NCBI GenBank assembly: GCA_003551845.1
Contig: PUNQ01000032.1
Coordinates: 23,414-87,413, forward strand
DNA length: 64,000 nt
Origin: Candidatus Nealsonbacteria bacterium
GTDB lineage: Bacteria; Patescibacteriota; Minisyncoccia; Minisyncoccales; PWPS01
Direction of reading: 5' to 3'
Shown here: positions 37,901 to 46,618 of the stretch, in pieces
Position numbering within the stretch: the stretch's first letter is position 1
How the letters are laid out: every line of letters starts with the position of its first letter
Program-made: the position numbers and the translations under genes
The notes under the pieces: generated by a model
The model's input: only the letters and a program-made list of their open reading frames with translations
Told to the model about the DNA's origin: nothing
The model's database searches: none

Positions 37901-38122
37901 GAAGTAAAAAAGGGATGGCTGGAATTTATTGAACCCACCGATGACGATAAACGGATAAGATTATCTCTTGAGATAAAAAAAGAAGACGTAGAGAGGCTGA
38001 AGCAATTGATAGAGATCGTCGGAAACAGAATAAAGAATCTTAATTTTTCGATTGATGACGACTATGAAAAAAAATCGGTGAAAGAAATTGAAAAGTTTGA
38101 AAAAAAATTATTAAAAACGTAA
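34901..38122 (+). CDS. UvrD/PcrA-family SF1 helicase fused to a C-terminal PD-(D/E)xK (RecB-like) nuclease domain.
   Basis: Helicase motifs I (GPGSGKTE), II (DEFQDTSG), III (VVGDDDQAIYRFQGA), V (HSGKGREFE) and VI (RLFYVALTRAK) are all present. The C-terminal GKIDKIEMDGSILEVTDFKTG...QLIFYKLL is a RecB/AddA-like nuclease motif. Confidence 0.75.
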   Translation: MKNFKNSYSRLNEEQKRAVDKIDGPLMVVAGPGSGKTELLAVRAANIMKKKDIPAGSLLCLTFTDAAALNMKERLADMIGDEGYRVQVFTFHGFCKEIINNNPEYFYKGADFDLADEIVKTEILEEILADLDYDDPLSGRHPSLGYVYLKPLKRIIPELKKEGITPVEMERALEANEKIIKKINPLISDVFSQRVSDSIRMDIKKLIDQLKDIDADFPLDRYDPLSKVIIKSLERALDGEKTKKITAWKNNWTKKKNEKRILKDNYYLDKHKSLARVYAKYEKKKYERGLYDFSDMVLDVIKVLEKNESLRYDLQEKYLYIMVDEFQDTSGVQMRLIKNLTVDEPHGKPNICVVGDDDQAIYRFQGAEISNILNFKTSYEDVEVITLKKNYRSGQRILDSAKKVITRGEERLEAILEEVDKDLISMKSDEEETIEAKSFKTKEEEYSHVARKVKSLIEKGTDPREIAVMGRKHKILKEIAPYFADLSIPVYAERKVNVLENEVVRQVVRIIRFADYLLTGDKDKADELLPEILSYPFWGLERKKVWKLARRSYKKRNSWFEEMKGDEDLERIQLFLSDLAQKSKYKTAREMIDLVVGNKSGSIRSPLKKYYFGEEKLKKNTAEYFKFLSALKRFTNALENYKEGEFLKADDLLDFFDRHLENNIPINDTNPLITDSESVSLMTAHSGKGREFEAVFILSCQQEIWARGGRGRRLPFPSNIPLKISETEDDHLRLFYVALTRAKSFLSITSHRKKQNGRGYSSLEFISHFDSEDSSAEIGYEEMESSRKDYYSPPFEVTERQVLMPLVSDYMLSPTGLNKYLNVADEGPEAFLKDTLLRFPAKKHPGAANGTAVHQTISWIYNEVKSKEKPPETGEVLEIFEKFLRKQRLSEDNFEKYLKKSKKALENFYEERKESFDSDHLIEKGFKNQGVVISGQKITGKIDKIEMDGSILEVTDFKTGSPIESWNPSGTYSKIKAWKYKNQLIFYKLLIENSADFKGAEVKKGWLEFIEPTDDDKRIRLSLEIKKEDVERLKQLIEIVGNRIKNLNFSIDDDYEKKSVKEIEKFEKKLLKT

Positions 38123-38126
38123 AAAT

Positions 38127-38597
38127 ATGAAAATAAAACCCAACTATTTCATAATTCCGCTCATTACCGTCTCAGTGGCAATTTTCGGAAATTATTTTAC
38201 TTCTCAAGGAATAAACGGATGGTATGATGAACTTGCAAAGCCGGAATGGACCCCTTCCGGATCTTTCATAGGAGCGATGTGGACTTTTCTTTACGCATTG
38301 GTTACCGCTACGGTTATATTTTTTTGGAATAAATTTAAAAAAACCGATCGGTTCCGCCTCATAATCGGTCTTTTCATAGCCAATGCCGTCTTGAATGCAA
38401 CCTGGTCGATGCTTTTTTTCGGCTTTAATTTGGTCGGAGTTTCTTTAGCGCATATCATGATTCTCAATTTAACAATCATCGCTTTGATTTTTTTATTGTG
38501 GCCGATTTCAAAAAAGCTCTCAATAGCTTTAATCCCTTATACCGGTTGGGTTTCGGTTGCCACTCTTTTGAATTACTTTATTTTGATTATGAATTAA
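38127..38597 (+). CDS. tspO: TspO/MBR family (tryptophan-rich sensory protein).
   Basis: A 5-TM, Trp-rich protein with W..ELAKPEWTP, WTFLYAL and LIPYTGWVSVATLLN motifs. Confidence 0.75.
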   Translation: MKIKPNYFIIPLITVSVAIFGNYFTSQGINGWYDELAKPEWTPSGSFIGAMWTFLYALVTATVIFFWNKFKKTDRFRLIIGLFIANAVLNATWSMLFFGFNLVGVSLAHIMILNLTIIALIFLLWPISKKLSIALIPYTGWVSVATLLNYFILIMN

Positions 38598-38631
38598 CCC
38601 GTTTTTACACCTACGAGGTGTAAAAACGGGG
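38598..38631. repeat. Palindromic element (copy 2 of 2), also a terminator-like hairpin after tspO.
   Basis: CCCGTTTTTACACC-TACGA-GGTGTAAAAACGGG is a perfect 14-bp stem. The same core occurs at 6361-6399. Confidence 0.55.
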
Positions 38632-38647
38632 ATCATTTTATTTTATT

Positions 38648-39700
38648 ATGGTGTTGCATTTGGATATGGATTACTTTTTCGCTCAAGTTGAAGAGCGGGA
38701 AAATCCTCGTTTCAAGGGTGTGCCTTTAGTGGTGGGAGCGGATCCGAAAAAAGGAAAAGGGAGGGGTGTGGTTTCTACCTGCAATTATGAGGCCAGAAAA
38801 TTCGGAATTCATTCCGGAATGGCAATATCCAAAGCGTATGAAGCCTGCCCGGAAGCGATATATTTACCGGTAAATATGGAGCTTTACTCGAGAGTTTCGG
38901 AAAATATTTTTCGAATTATCGAGAAAGTTTCCGAAAAATATGAAAAAGTATCTCTTGATGAGGCTTATATCGATCTTTCGGGTTTGGCTGAAAATTATAA
39001 ACAAGCGGAAAGAATCGGTTGTGACTTGAAAAAATTAATCTTCAAAAAAGAAAAGCTTACTTGCAGTGTCGGAATAGGGGAAAATAAAATGATTGCTAAA
39101 ATTGCCTCGGAAGAAGATAAGCCCGATGGATTAAAAGTGGTAAAAGCCGGTGACGCTCTTAAGTTTATTTCTCAAAAATCAATTAGAGAGATTCCCGGAA
39201 TAGGACCCAAAACGGAAAAGAAGTTGGAAATTATTTTGGAAAAATCGGGGTTAAAAATAAAAGATTTGCGGGCGATTTCGAAAAAGCAGTTGGTGGATGT
39301 GCTGGGAAAGAGAGGTGAAGAAATTTATAAAAATGTAAGAGGTGAAGACGATTCCGAAATAGATCTAAAAACAAAAACGAAATCAATCGGCAAAGAGATT
39401 ACTTTCGATCAAGACACTCTCGATCCCGAAAAGATAATTTCTACCTTTAAAAATCTTTCTCAAAGAGTTGCCGGAATGGCAAAAACGGAAGAAAGACCGA
39501 TAAAGACGGTGGTCGTAACTTGTAGATTCGAAAATTTTAACACTTACAGCCGACAAGTCTCCTTCAAGCCTCGAAAACCGACTAAAGGATTAATTTACAA
39601 GAAAGGAGCCAAGTTATTGCTTAAACTTTTGGCTAAAAAATTGAAGCCGGTTCGTCTTTTGGGGATCAGGGTAATTTTTGATGAATCCGATAAAGAATAA
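38648..39700 (+). CDS. dinB: DNA polymerase IV (Y-family, DinB).
   Basis: The N-terminus reads MVLHLDMDYFFAQVEER, followed by SIDEAYIDL, with the palm/fingers/little-finger architecture. Confidence 0.85.
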   Translation: MVLHLDMDYFFAQVEERENPRFKGVPLVVGADPKKGKGRGVVSTCNYEARKFGIHSGMAISKAYEACPEAIYLPVNMELYSRVSENIFRIIEKVSEKYEKVSLDEAYIDLSGLAENYKQAERIGCDLKKLIFKKEKLTCSVGIGENKMIAKIASEEDKPDGLKVVKAGDALKFISQKSIREIPGIGPKTEKKLEIILEKSGLKIKDLRAISKKQLVDVLGKRGEEIYKNVRGEDDSEIDLKTKTKSIGKEITFDQDTLDPEKIISTFKNLSQRVAGMAKTEERPIKTVVVTCRFENFNTYSRQVSFKPRKPTKGLIYKKGAKLLLKLLAKKLKPVRLLGIRVIFDESDKE

Positions 39701-39705
39701 TAAAT

Positions 39706-40172
39706 ATGAAAAAGATGATAACATATGCGTCGATAAGTCACGGAAAAACCGAAAAAATTGCAAAAGCGATTCATGATGAGCTGGGTGGGGAGTTGGTCCT
39801 TTTTTGGAGGTGACCGAGAAGATGGTTGTAGACGCCGATCTCGTGGGCTTCGGGTCGGGAATTTATATGGCTAATTTCCATAGAAAATTTTTATCTTTTT
39901 TAAAAGAGCTCCCGGAAGTGAGTGATAAAAAAGCTTTTATTTTTTCCACTTCGGGAGTAAAAAAGAATTTGATTTTGAACAGGGGGCATAAGACGGTGCG
40001 GAAGATTTTAAAAAACAAGGGATTTAAGGTCATCGGAGAGTTGGATTGCTTGGGTTATGATGACTACGGCCCGCTCAAATTAATCGGAGGAATAAACAAA
40101 GGACGTCCCGACGAAAAAGATAAAAAACGAGCCAAAGATTTCGCTGAAAAAATAAAAAAAGCAAGCAGTTGA
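39706..40172 (+). pseudogene. Flavodoxin-like protein gene interrupted by a frameshift in a T6 homopolymer (39800-39805).
   Basis: The N-terminal ORF 39706-39813 (MKKMITYASISHGKTEKIAKAIHDELGGELV) and the ORF 39804-40172 (VVDADLVGFGSGIYMANF...IFSTSG) are contiguous parts of one flavodoxin fold, in different frames. Confidence 0.55.
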
Positions 40173-41791
40173 AAAAATCGGATTCCATAAATACTCCCAT
40201 TCATCAAATCGATTATCTTCAAGACATCTATAAGCCGATAAGATCGATGAATACTCTATTTTTTGATAAGGGGGCGTCCAAACAGCTTTTTTTTTGATTA
40301 TTCTTTTTATTTGAGAAAGATAGTAGTCCGAATAACTCAAAAAATCAGGATTTTTTGAAAAGAGGCCGTTAAATAAATCAATTATAAAAAGAAAAGGATT
40401 AAAAACAGTTACAGGAGTCTTTTCAACGATATCCGGCCTAATTTTTTTTCTTATAAAATCAGGTAAAACGGGTATCATTCTAAATGCCAGTTGATGCTTT
40501 CGATATATTTTATTTTTATTTTTGTTATCCGATCGTCGATGTAAATAGTATTTTTTGCCGAGATTTATCTCTTCAAGCTCCTTGTCCGACAACTTTCCTT
40601 TTCGGTATTCTTTTTTAACAAGGGCTGTTCCCGGTAAATAAGTAGTCCAAAAAGTTTGGATTCGGTCCGGAGTCATTTTTTTGTAGAATTCAAGAGCTTT
40701 TTTTTGAGCGGTTATCGGCTCATCCGGAAGAGCCAGCATATGATCCAACTGAAGTTTTATTTCATTTTCTTTCATCAGCTTTATTGCCGAAACTATTTGC
40801 TTTTTAGTTTCGTGTCGGTTGAGCTTATTTTTTTTGTATTCCGAATCGAGTGTTTGTACTCCCATTTGAACCCATTTACAACCGGATTCTTTTAGTTGAT
40901 AAGCTATTTCTTTATCCATATATTTGGAATCCACCAAACACCTGAAGGGAAGATCTATCAACCGTTTATATTTTTGAAGAAATTTTTTCAGCCATTCTTT
41001 TTTTACCGTAAACGAATCGTCAATGAAATCGATGTATTTTATATCGTGTTTATTTTTTACTTGCAATAGTTCATTGATAACATTGTCAACACTCCTGAAT
41101 CGTAAATAATTTGTCGGATTTTCAGGAATTTCGGAATAAAAATTATTAAAGCAGTAAGTGCATTTATTGGGACAACCTCTTGAAACAGCGATCGAGTAAA
41201 ACTTATAAGGATTCAAGTATTCTTTCCATATCTCGTGATCGTAAAATGGAAAAGAGTCCAAATTCTGACAAAAATTAACTCCGGGTCCTTTTATAACTTT
41301 CCCGGTTTCGGATTTGTAAAAGGTGTTCGGGATTCTATTTTTAAATTCTTTTTTTTTATTTTCTATTCTTTTTAAAATTTCAACAAATGCTTCTTCTCCC
41401 TCTCCGAATACTGCGAAATCTATAGCTTGCTCATTGATAACCAAATTCGGAACGGCCGATACGTGAACACCTCCGAAAATTATTTTTATTTTCGGATTGT
41501 TTTTTTAGCTTTTTTAGCCACTTCCAATGACCACTGATAAGTTGCAGTTAGGGGTGAGAAGGCGAGCACGTTCGGATTTATTGAATCTATTTTTTTTAAA
41601 ACATCATCCGTCTCATCAATAAATTTTCCGAGAAGAGAGTTGTTGAAGTTGAATCTATCATTGAACAGGGAAGCATTATAGGCTAAAAAAGTTTTATGTC
41701 CGTTTTCTTTCGCTATGGAAGAAAGAGCGCTGATCGAAAGCTGCATAGCTCCTATTCCGACGAAACATATTTTTAGTCCGGAATTTTTCAT
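40080..41791 (-). pseudogene. B12-binding-domain radical SAM enzyme interrupted by a frameshift in an A7/T7 homopolymer (41500-41506).
   Basis: The upstream ORF 41486-41791 encodes the start of the B12-binding domain. The reading continues in another frame (KNNPKIKIIFGGVHVSAVP, then VINEQAIDFAVFGEGEE) into a radical SAM core carrying CPNKCTYC. Confidence 0.55.
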
Positions 41792-41951
41792 AAAGACTTA
41801 TATCGTGTATAAATTAACGGCTCCGAGCTGATCGATTCATTACATTTTATCACTTAAATAAAAAAATAAAAATAATTTAATTAGCTTTTTTTAAATGAGG
41901 TATCATGCTAAACTTCGTAAAAGGTTTCAAAAGAAATATAATCAAATAAAA

Positions 41952-42359
41952 ATGACCGAATTAAAACAAATTTACAAATGCGAAATTTGCGGAAACGTAG
42001 TGGAAGTAGTTCATTCCGGAATAGGTGAATTGGTTTGTTGTGGAAAAGCAATGGAGCTCGTTGAGTCGAAAAAAGAAGATGAGGGCGAAGAGAAACATGT
42101 TCCGGTAATAGAAGAGCTTCCCGCTCAAGTCTGTAATGGGAAAGACGGGTTCAAAGTCAAAGTGGGGGAGGTTGCCCATCCGATGGAAAAAGATCACTTT
42201 ATAGAATGGATAGAGATAAATCCCGTTGACGGTAAATCGGGTAAAAAATTTTTAAGTCCGGGAGATATGCCGGAGGTAGAGTTCCATACCCGAAAAGAAA
42301 TTGAAAGTGTTCGAGCTTATTGCAATGTGCACGGATTATGGGTTTTAGAGCTTGATTAA
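41952..42359 (+). CDS. dfx: Desulfoferrodoxin (2Fe superoxide reductase).
   Basis: The N-terminal desulforedoxin domain (CEICGN...CCG) and the SOR domain with EKHVPV...H...CNVHGLW are both present. Confidence 0.8.
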   Translation: MTELKQIYKCEICGNVVEVVHSGIGELVCCGKAMELVESKKEDEGEEKHVPVIEELPAQVCNGKDGFKVKVGEVAHPMEKDHFIEWIEINPVDGKSGKKFLSPGDMPEVEFHTRKEIESVRAYCNVHGLWVLELD

Positions 42360-42368
42360 TGATTTAAG

Positions 42369-43685
42369 CTAAAATTGCATCTTATTCAATTCTTCGGCAA
42401 CCACTTTCCTGTCATCCCAGGGTATCGTTTTTCCATCTACGGTTATCGATTGCTCCGCTCCTTTGCCGGTTATCAAAACGACATCTCCCTTTTTCGCCAG
42501 AGAAAGAGATTTTTTGATTCCCGCTCTCCTGTCCGCTATCGTAAAGAGATCGACTCCTTTTTGTTTTCCGTTTTCTTCGGCGGCAAAGGCTATTTCTTCT
42601 ATAATTTTTTCCGGATCATCTTCGTAGGGGTCGACATTACTGACAATTACATAATCGGCTTTTTCTGCGGCAATTTTGCCCATGAGTGATCTTTTTGATT
42701 TATCCCTTCCACCACCTTCAGCTCCCAAAAGAAGTATGGTTTTGCCATCACCGGCTATTTTCTTCAAAGTACTCAAAGCATTTTTCATGCTTTTTTGTTC
42801 ATGAGCATAATCAACTATGACCCGGAAAGGTTGACCCATTTCGATCTCCTCCATTCTTCCGGGTATCTTTTTTAGATTTTTGATTCCCGAAAATGTCGAT
42901 TCATTACTTATCTTGAATTTATCCGCTATGATTATTGCCGGAAGTGCGTTATAGATGTTGAATTTTCCTAAAATTTCAATTTCAAATTTTTTCCCGTTAA
43001 CTTCAAATTCAACACCGTTATCTTTTTCTCGTATCTTTTCGGCAACATAGTCCGCCTCCACGTTCTGCAAACCGAAAGTTATCTTTAGGTCACTTTCAAA
43101 ATCGAGATAATAGTCGGCATGATCGTCATCCAGATTGGCTAAGATCATCTTTTCTATGGATCGTCCATCAATCATCTTTTTTCGCTTTGAAAGAATTTCA
43201 AACATCTTACCTTTGGCTTTTTTGTAATTTTCAAAGCTATGGTTATGAGAAGGGAGATGTTCCGGAGAAAGGTTGGTAAAAATTCCGATGTCGTAATTGA
43301 TGCCGTTAGCTCTGTGTTGCTTTAATCCTTCGGATGTGGTTTCGATTATACAAAAGTCACAATTTTTTACGGCCATTTTTTTAATAATTTTTTGAGCCTG
43401 AAATCTTCCGAGCATGGTCATGTGATAGTCATTCAATCTTTCTTCTTTGCCGATTCGGATATTGGCGGAGCTTATCAATCCGACTTTATAGCCTCCGGCA
43501 GTAAGGACCGACCAGATGAAATTTACGGTTGATGTTTTTCCCTTGGTTCCGGTAACGCCGATTACGATCATATCATCGGAAGGGTAGCGGTAATAGAAAG
43601 CAGCAAGGCCGGTTATAACCCGGTGATAAAGCAAAATCACCTTTTCCGGAAGAATTTTCTTTATTGTTTTTTTTATTGAATTCAT
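42369..43685 (-). CDS. Mur ligase family protein (MurE-like; N-terminal domain reduced; the DNPR motif is replaced by VDPY).
   Basis: A P-loop (GVTGTKGKTST), the Mur ligase central domain and a C-terminal domain are present. It is divergently paired with ddl. Confidence 0.55.
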   Translation of the reverse strand: MNSIKKTIKKILPEKVILLYHRVITGLAAFYYRYPSDDMIVIGVTGTKGKTSTVNFIWSVLTAGGYKVGLISSANIRIGKEERLNDYHMTMLGRFQAQKIIKKMAVKNCDFCIIETTSEGLKQHRANGINYDIGIFTNLSPEHLPSHNHSFENYKKAKGKMFEILSKRKKMIDGRSIEKMILANLDDDHADYYLDFESDLKITFGLQNVEADYVAEKIREKDNGVEFEVNGKKFEIEILGKFNIYNALPAIIIADKFKISNESTFSGIKNLKKIPGRMEEIEMGQPFRVIVDYAHEQKSMKNALSTLKKIAGDGKTILLLGAEGGGRDKSKRSLMGKIAAEKADYVIVSNVDPYEDDPEKIIEEIAFAAEENGKQKGVDLFTIADRRAGIKKSLSLAKKGDVVLITGKGAEQSITVDGKTIPWDDRKVVAEELNKMQF

Positions 43686-43794
43686 CTTCTTAATTTTAAA
43701 AGATTTTTGTTAAAAAGGCAAAATAAAAAGTTTTTTCTCCGATTATTTTAAAATCGATCAAGGGCCCGAAACGACGGTTTTAAAAAAAATTAAA

Positions 43795-44850
43795 TTGGAC
43801 TATAATGATAAAAGTATGAAAGTAGCAATAATCTTCGGAGGAAAATCAGCTGAACATGAAGTTTCCGTAACCTCAGCTAAAAATATTCTGAAAGCTTTGG
43901 ATCGGGACAAGTTCGACCCCGTTCTCATCGGGATTTCCAAATCGGGTAAATGGTTTTTGTGTGATAAAATACCGGAGAGGGAAGTGGAAGAGGAATCCGA
44001 TGCTTTAAAGATGGAAATAGGGGCCGGAAAGCGGGCTCTGATTTCAAGAGGAGATCGGTTGGAAATCGATGTCGCCTTCCCCGTACTTCACGGAACCAAC
44101 GGGGAGGACGGAACAATTCAAGGATTTTTAAAAATAATGAATATTCCTTTCGTGGGTTGCGGAGTTTTGTCCTCATCGGTAGCAATGGACAAGGAGATCA
44201 GTAAAATTCTACTTAAGAGTAAGGGGATCGATGTTGCCGACTGGATAGTAGTAAGAAAAACAGAGGATCTCGATTCGGTTGAAGAAAGGTTCGGTTATCC
44301 GGTTTTCGTTAAACCCGCCAATCTGGGATCTTCAGTCGGAGTCTCGAAAGCTCAAAATGGAAAAGAGCTGAAAGAGGCTTTTTTGAAAGCAGCTCGTTAT
44401 GACGAAAAGGTTTTGGTGGAAGAGTGTATAGACGGGAGAGAATTGGAATGTTCCGTTTTGGGAAATGAAAATCCGAAAGCCTCAAAGGTGGGAGAGGTGA
44501 TTCCCGTGAACTTTTATTCTTATGAAGAAAAATATGCCGAGGATAGCAAGGCCGAGCTCAAAATTCCGGCGAAAATGGATAAGTCGCTTGAAGAAGAAAT
44601 TAGAAAAATAGCTGTTGAGGCCTTTAAGGCCAATGCCTGTTCCGGAATGGCCAGAGTTGATTTTTTAGTGACCGAAGAGAGGATATACGTCAATGAATTG
44701 AATACGATTCCGGGATTCACGAAGATAAGCATGTATCCCAAGCTTTGGGAGGTATCGGGTCTTGAATATTCCGATTTGATTACCGAACTGATTGAGTTGG
44801 CTGTTGAGAGAGATAAAAAAAAGAAGGGGTTAAAATATTCTTATCGATAA
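43795..44850 (+). CDS. ddl: D-alanine--D-alanine ligase.
   Basis: The N-terminus MKVAIIFGGKSAEHEVS and an ATP-grasp region (ELNTIPGFT) are present; the protein is 351 aa. Confidence 0.85.
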   Translation: MDYNDKSMKVAIIFGGKSAEHEVSVTSAKNILKALDRDKFDPVLIGISKSGKWFLCDKIPEREVEEESDALKMEIGAGKRALISRGDRLEIDVAFPVLHGTNGEDGTIQGFLKIMNIPFVGCGVLSSSVAMDKEISKILLKSKGIDVADWIVVRKTEDLDSVEERFGYPVFVKPANLGSSVGVSKAQNGKELKEAFLKAARYDEKVLVEECIDGRELECSVLGNENPKASKVGEVIPVNFYSYEEKYAEDSKAELKIPAKMDKSLEEEIRKIAVEAFKANACSGMARVDFLVTEERIYVNELNTIPGFTKISMYPKLWEVSGLEYSDLITELIELAVERDKKKKGLKYSYR

Positions 44851-44855
44851 AAAAA

Positions 44856-44880
44856 AGAGAGCTGTCGCAGCTCTCTTTTC
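44856..44880 (+). terminator. Rho-independent terminator after ddl.
   Basis: GAGAGCTG-TCG-CAGCTCTC is followed by TTTT. Confidence 0.6.
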
Positions 44881-45057
44881 AGGAAAAGTCCTCCCTTTTA
44901 TGACGATTGGCCGTTATCTCTTCTTGCCGTGATTTTTTGCTCATCTTCCTGTTAAAAACTTCCCTGCAGGGCTTTTCCGGAATTATGTCGATTATATTCT
45001 TTCCTTTTTTTCTAACTTGCAAGAAAGTCACCTCCTTGCTAAATATTAACAAAAATT

Positions 45058-45384
45058 ATGAAATTTAAAAGTTACCAAGAAAAAAGCCGAGAGACGGCCA
45101 TATATCCGGAAGAAGATGGATTTGCATACCTTTCTTTGGGTTTGTCGGGAGAAACGGGTGAAGTTGCCGATAAGTTTAAAAAAATAATCAGAGATAAACA
45201 AAAAAAGATAACCGACAAGGATCGGGAAGAAGTGGAGAAAGAATTGGGTGATGTGCTTTGGTATATTGCTCAAATATGTAACGAATTGAATATCTCGATG
45301 GAAGGTGTCGCAAAAAAAAATCTAAAAAAACTTTCTTCCAGAAAAAAGCGTAAAAAACTGAAAGGTGAAGGGGATAACAGATAA
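45058..45384 (+). CDS. MazG-like nucleotide pyrophosphohydrolase (small all-alpha NTP-PPase).
   Basis: ETGEVADKFKK...ELGDVLWYIAQ is the characteristic EExxE/D metal-binding helix pair. Confidence 0.6.
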   Translation: MKFKSYQEKSRETAIYPEEDGFAYLSLGLSGETGEVADKFKKIIRDKQKKITDKDREEVEKELGDVLWYIAQICNELNISMEGVAKKNLKKLSSRKKRKKLKGEGDNR

Positions 45385-46618
45385 AATGAGTTTTTTAAAA
45401 GAGATACAAAAAAATGTAGAAAATGCCGCTAATGAGATTTCCGCTCCCGATTTTTTGGTTAAAGATTTGAAAAATCCGGATAGATTTTTGGAGTTCAAAA
45501 TAAAAGTTGATAATGAAATCTTTACCGGGTACAGATCGCAACACAACAATTTATCGGGCCCTTACAAGGGAGGGGTTCGTTTTCACAAAAATGTGTCCGC
45601 TGATGAAGTGAAAGCGCTTTCGATTCTGATGACCTTGAAATGTGCTTTGGTCGGGGTTCCTTTCGGAGGCGCTAAAGGAGGAGTTAAAATCGACACCAAA
45701 AAATACGATAAGAGCAAGCTTCAATCGGTTGCCAGGCAGTATGTTCAAAAGGCTTTTCCGATTATCGGTCCCGAGGTTGACATTCCGGCACCGGATATTA
45801 ATATCGACCCCGAGCTGATCTCAATAATGGTTGACGAGTATTCCAAGATTGCCGGAAAGCCAAGCCCCGCCTCTTTTACCGGCAAAAAGCTCCGAGACGG
45901 TGGAATTGACGGAAGAGTTGAAGCGACCGGTTACGGAGGTTTTGTCATTTTGACTGAATTGATGAAATCGATCAACAAGGATCCGGAAGAAGTGGTGGTT
46001 GCCATTCAGGGGTTCGGCAATGTCGGCTATCATTTCGGTTACTTTGCAAAAAGAAGAGGATTCAAAGTAGTGGCCGCATCGGAAAGTGCCGGGGGAGTGC
46101 TGATTAAAGAGGGTATCGATATAGTTAAAACGAAAAAATGTGCGAACGAAAAAGGAACGATATTGGATTGTTTTTGTGCAAACGGAAGCTGTGGACATGA
46201 AAAAGGGGAGAGGATCAAAAATGAAGAACTGCTTACGCTCGATGTTGATGTTTTGGTTCCCGCTGCAGTCGAAGACGTAATAACGAAGAAAAATGCGAAC
46301 AAAATAAAAGCCGACCACGTTCTTTGCCTGGCCAACAATCCGGTTACTTCCGGTGCCGAAGATATCTTGACCGCAAAAGGAGTGGAGGTGATTCCGGACA
46401 TTTTAACCAATTCCGGTGGGGTCATAGCATCTTATTTCGAGTGGAAAAAAGGGTTGAAAGGAGAAGAAATTTCAAAGGAAGAAGTTTTTTCCGGAATAGA
46501 AAAATTTTTACGTCCCGCTTTTGCAAATCTTCGGGAAAAACGAAGATGTGGAAGCAGTATGAGGATGAGCGCTTATAAATTGGCAATTGAAAATTTAATG
46601 AAAAAACATAATGAATAA
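45365..46618 (+). CDS. gdhA: Glutamate dehydrogenase (Glu/Leu/Phe/Val dehydrogenase family).
   Basis: GPYKGGVRFH, a catalytic Lys region (VPFGGAKGG) and an NAD(P) Rossmann fold (GFGNVG) are present. Confidence 0.85.
   Translation: MKGITDKMSFLKEIQKNVENAANEISAPDFLVKDLKNPDRFLEFKIKVDNEIFTGYRSQHNNLSGPYKGGVRFHKNVSADEVKALSILMTLKCALVGVPFGGAKGGVKIDTKKYDKSKLQSVARQYVQKAFPIIGPEVDIPAPDINIDPELISIMVDEYSKIAGKPSPASFTGKKLRDGGIDGRVEATGYGGFVILTELMKSINKDPEEVVVAIQGFGNVGYHFGYFAKRRGFKVVAASESAGGVLIKEGIDIVKTKKCANEKGTILDCFCANGSCGHEKGERIKNEELLTLDVDVLVPAAVEDVITKKNANKIKADHVLCLANNPVTSGAEDILTAKGVEVIPDILTNSGGVIASYFEWKKGLKGEEISKEEVFSGIEKFLRPAFANLREKRRCGSSMRMSAYKLAIENLMKKHNE

Noticed and set aside
27040-38122. Gabija-like system (OLD nuclease GajA plus UvrD helicase GajB).
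   Set aside because: The OLD gene and the nearest UvrD-family helicase are ~6.5 kb apart, on opposite strands, and separated by unrelated operons. They are better treated as a standalone class-1 OLD and a separate helicase-nuclease unit.
41792-41951. PerR/Fur-like palindrome upstream of desulfoferrodoxin (TAATTTAATTA).
   Set aside because: The sequence is only a quasi-palindrome in a very AT-rich region, and its match to the TTATAATNATTATAA consensus is poor.
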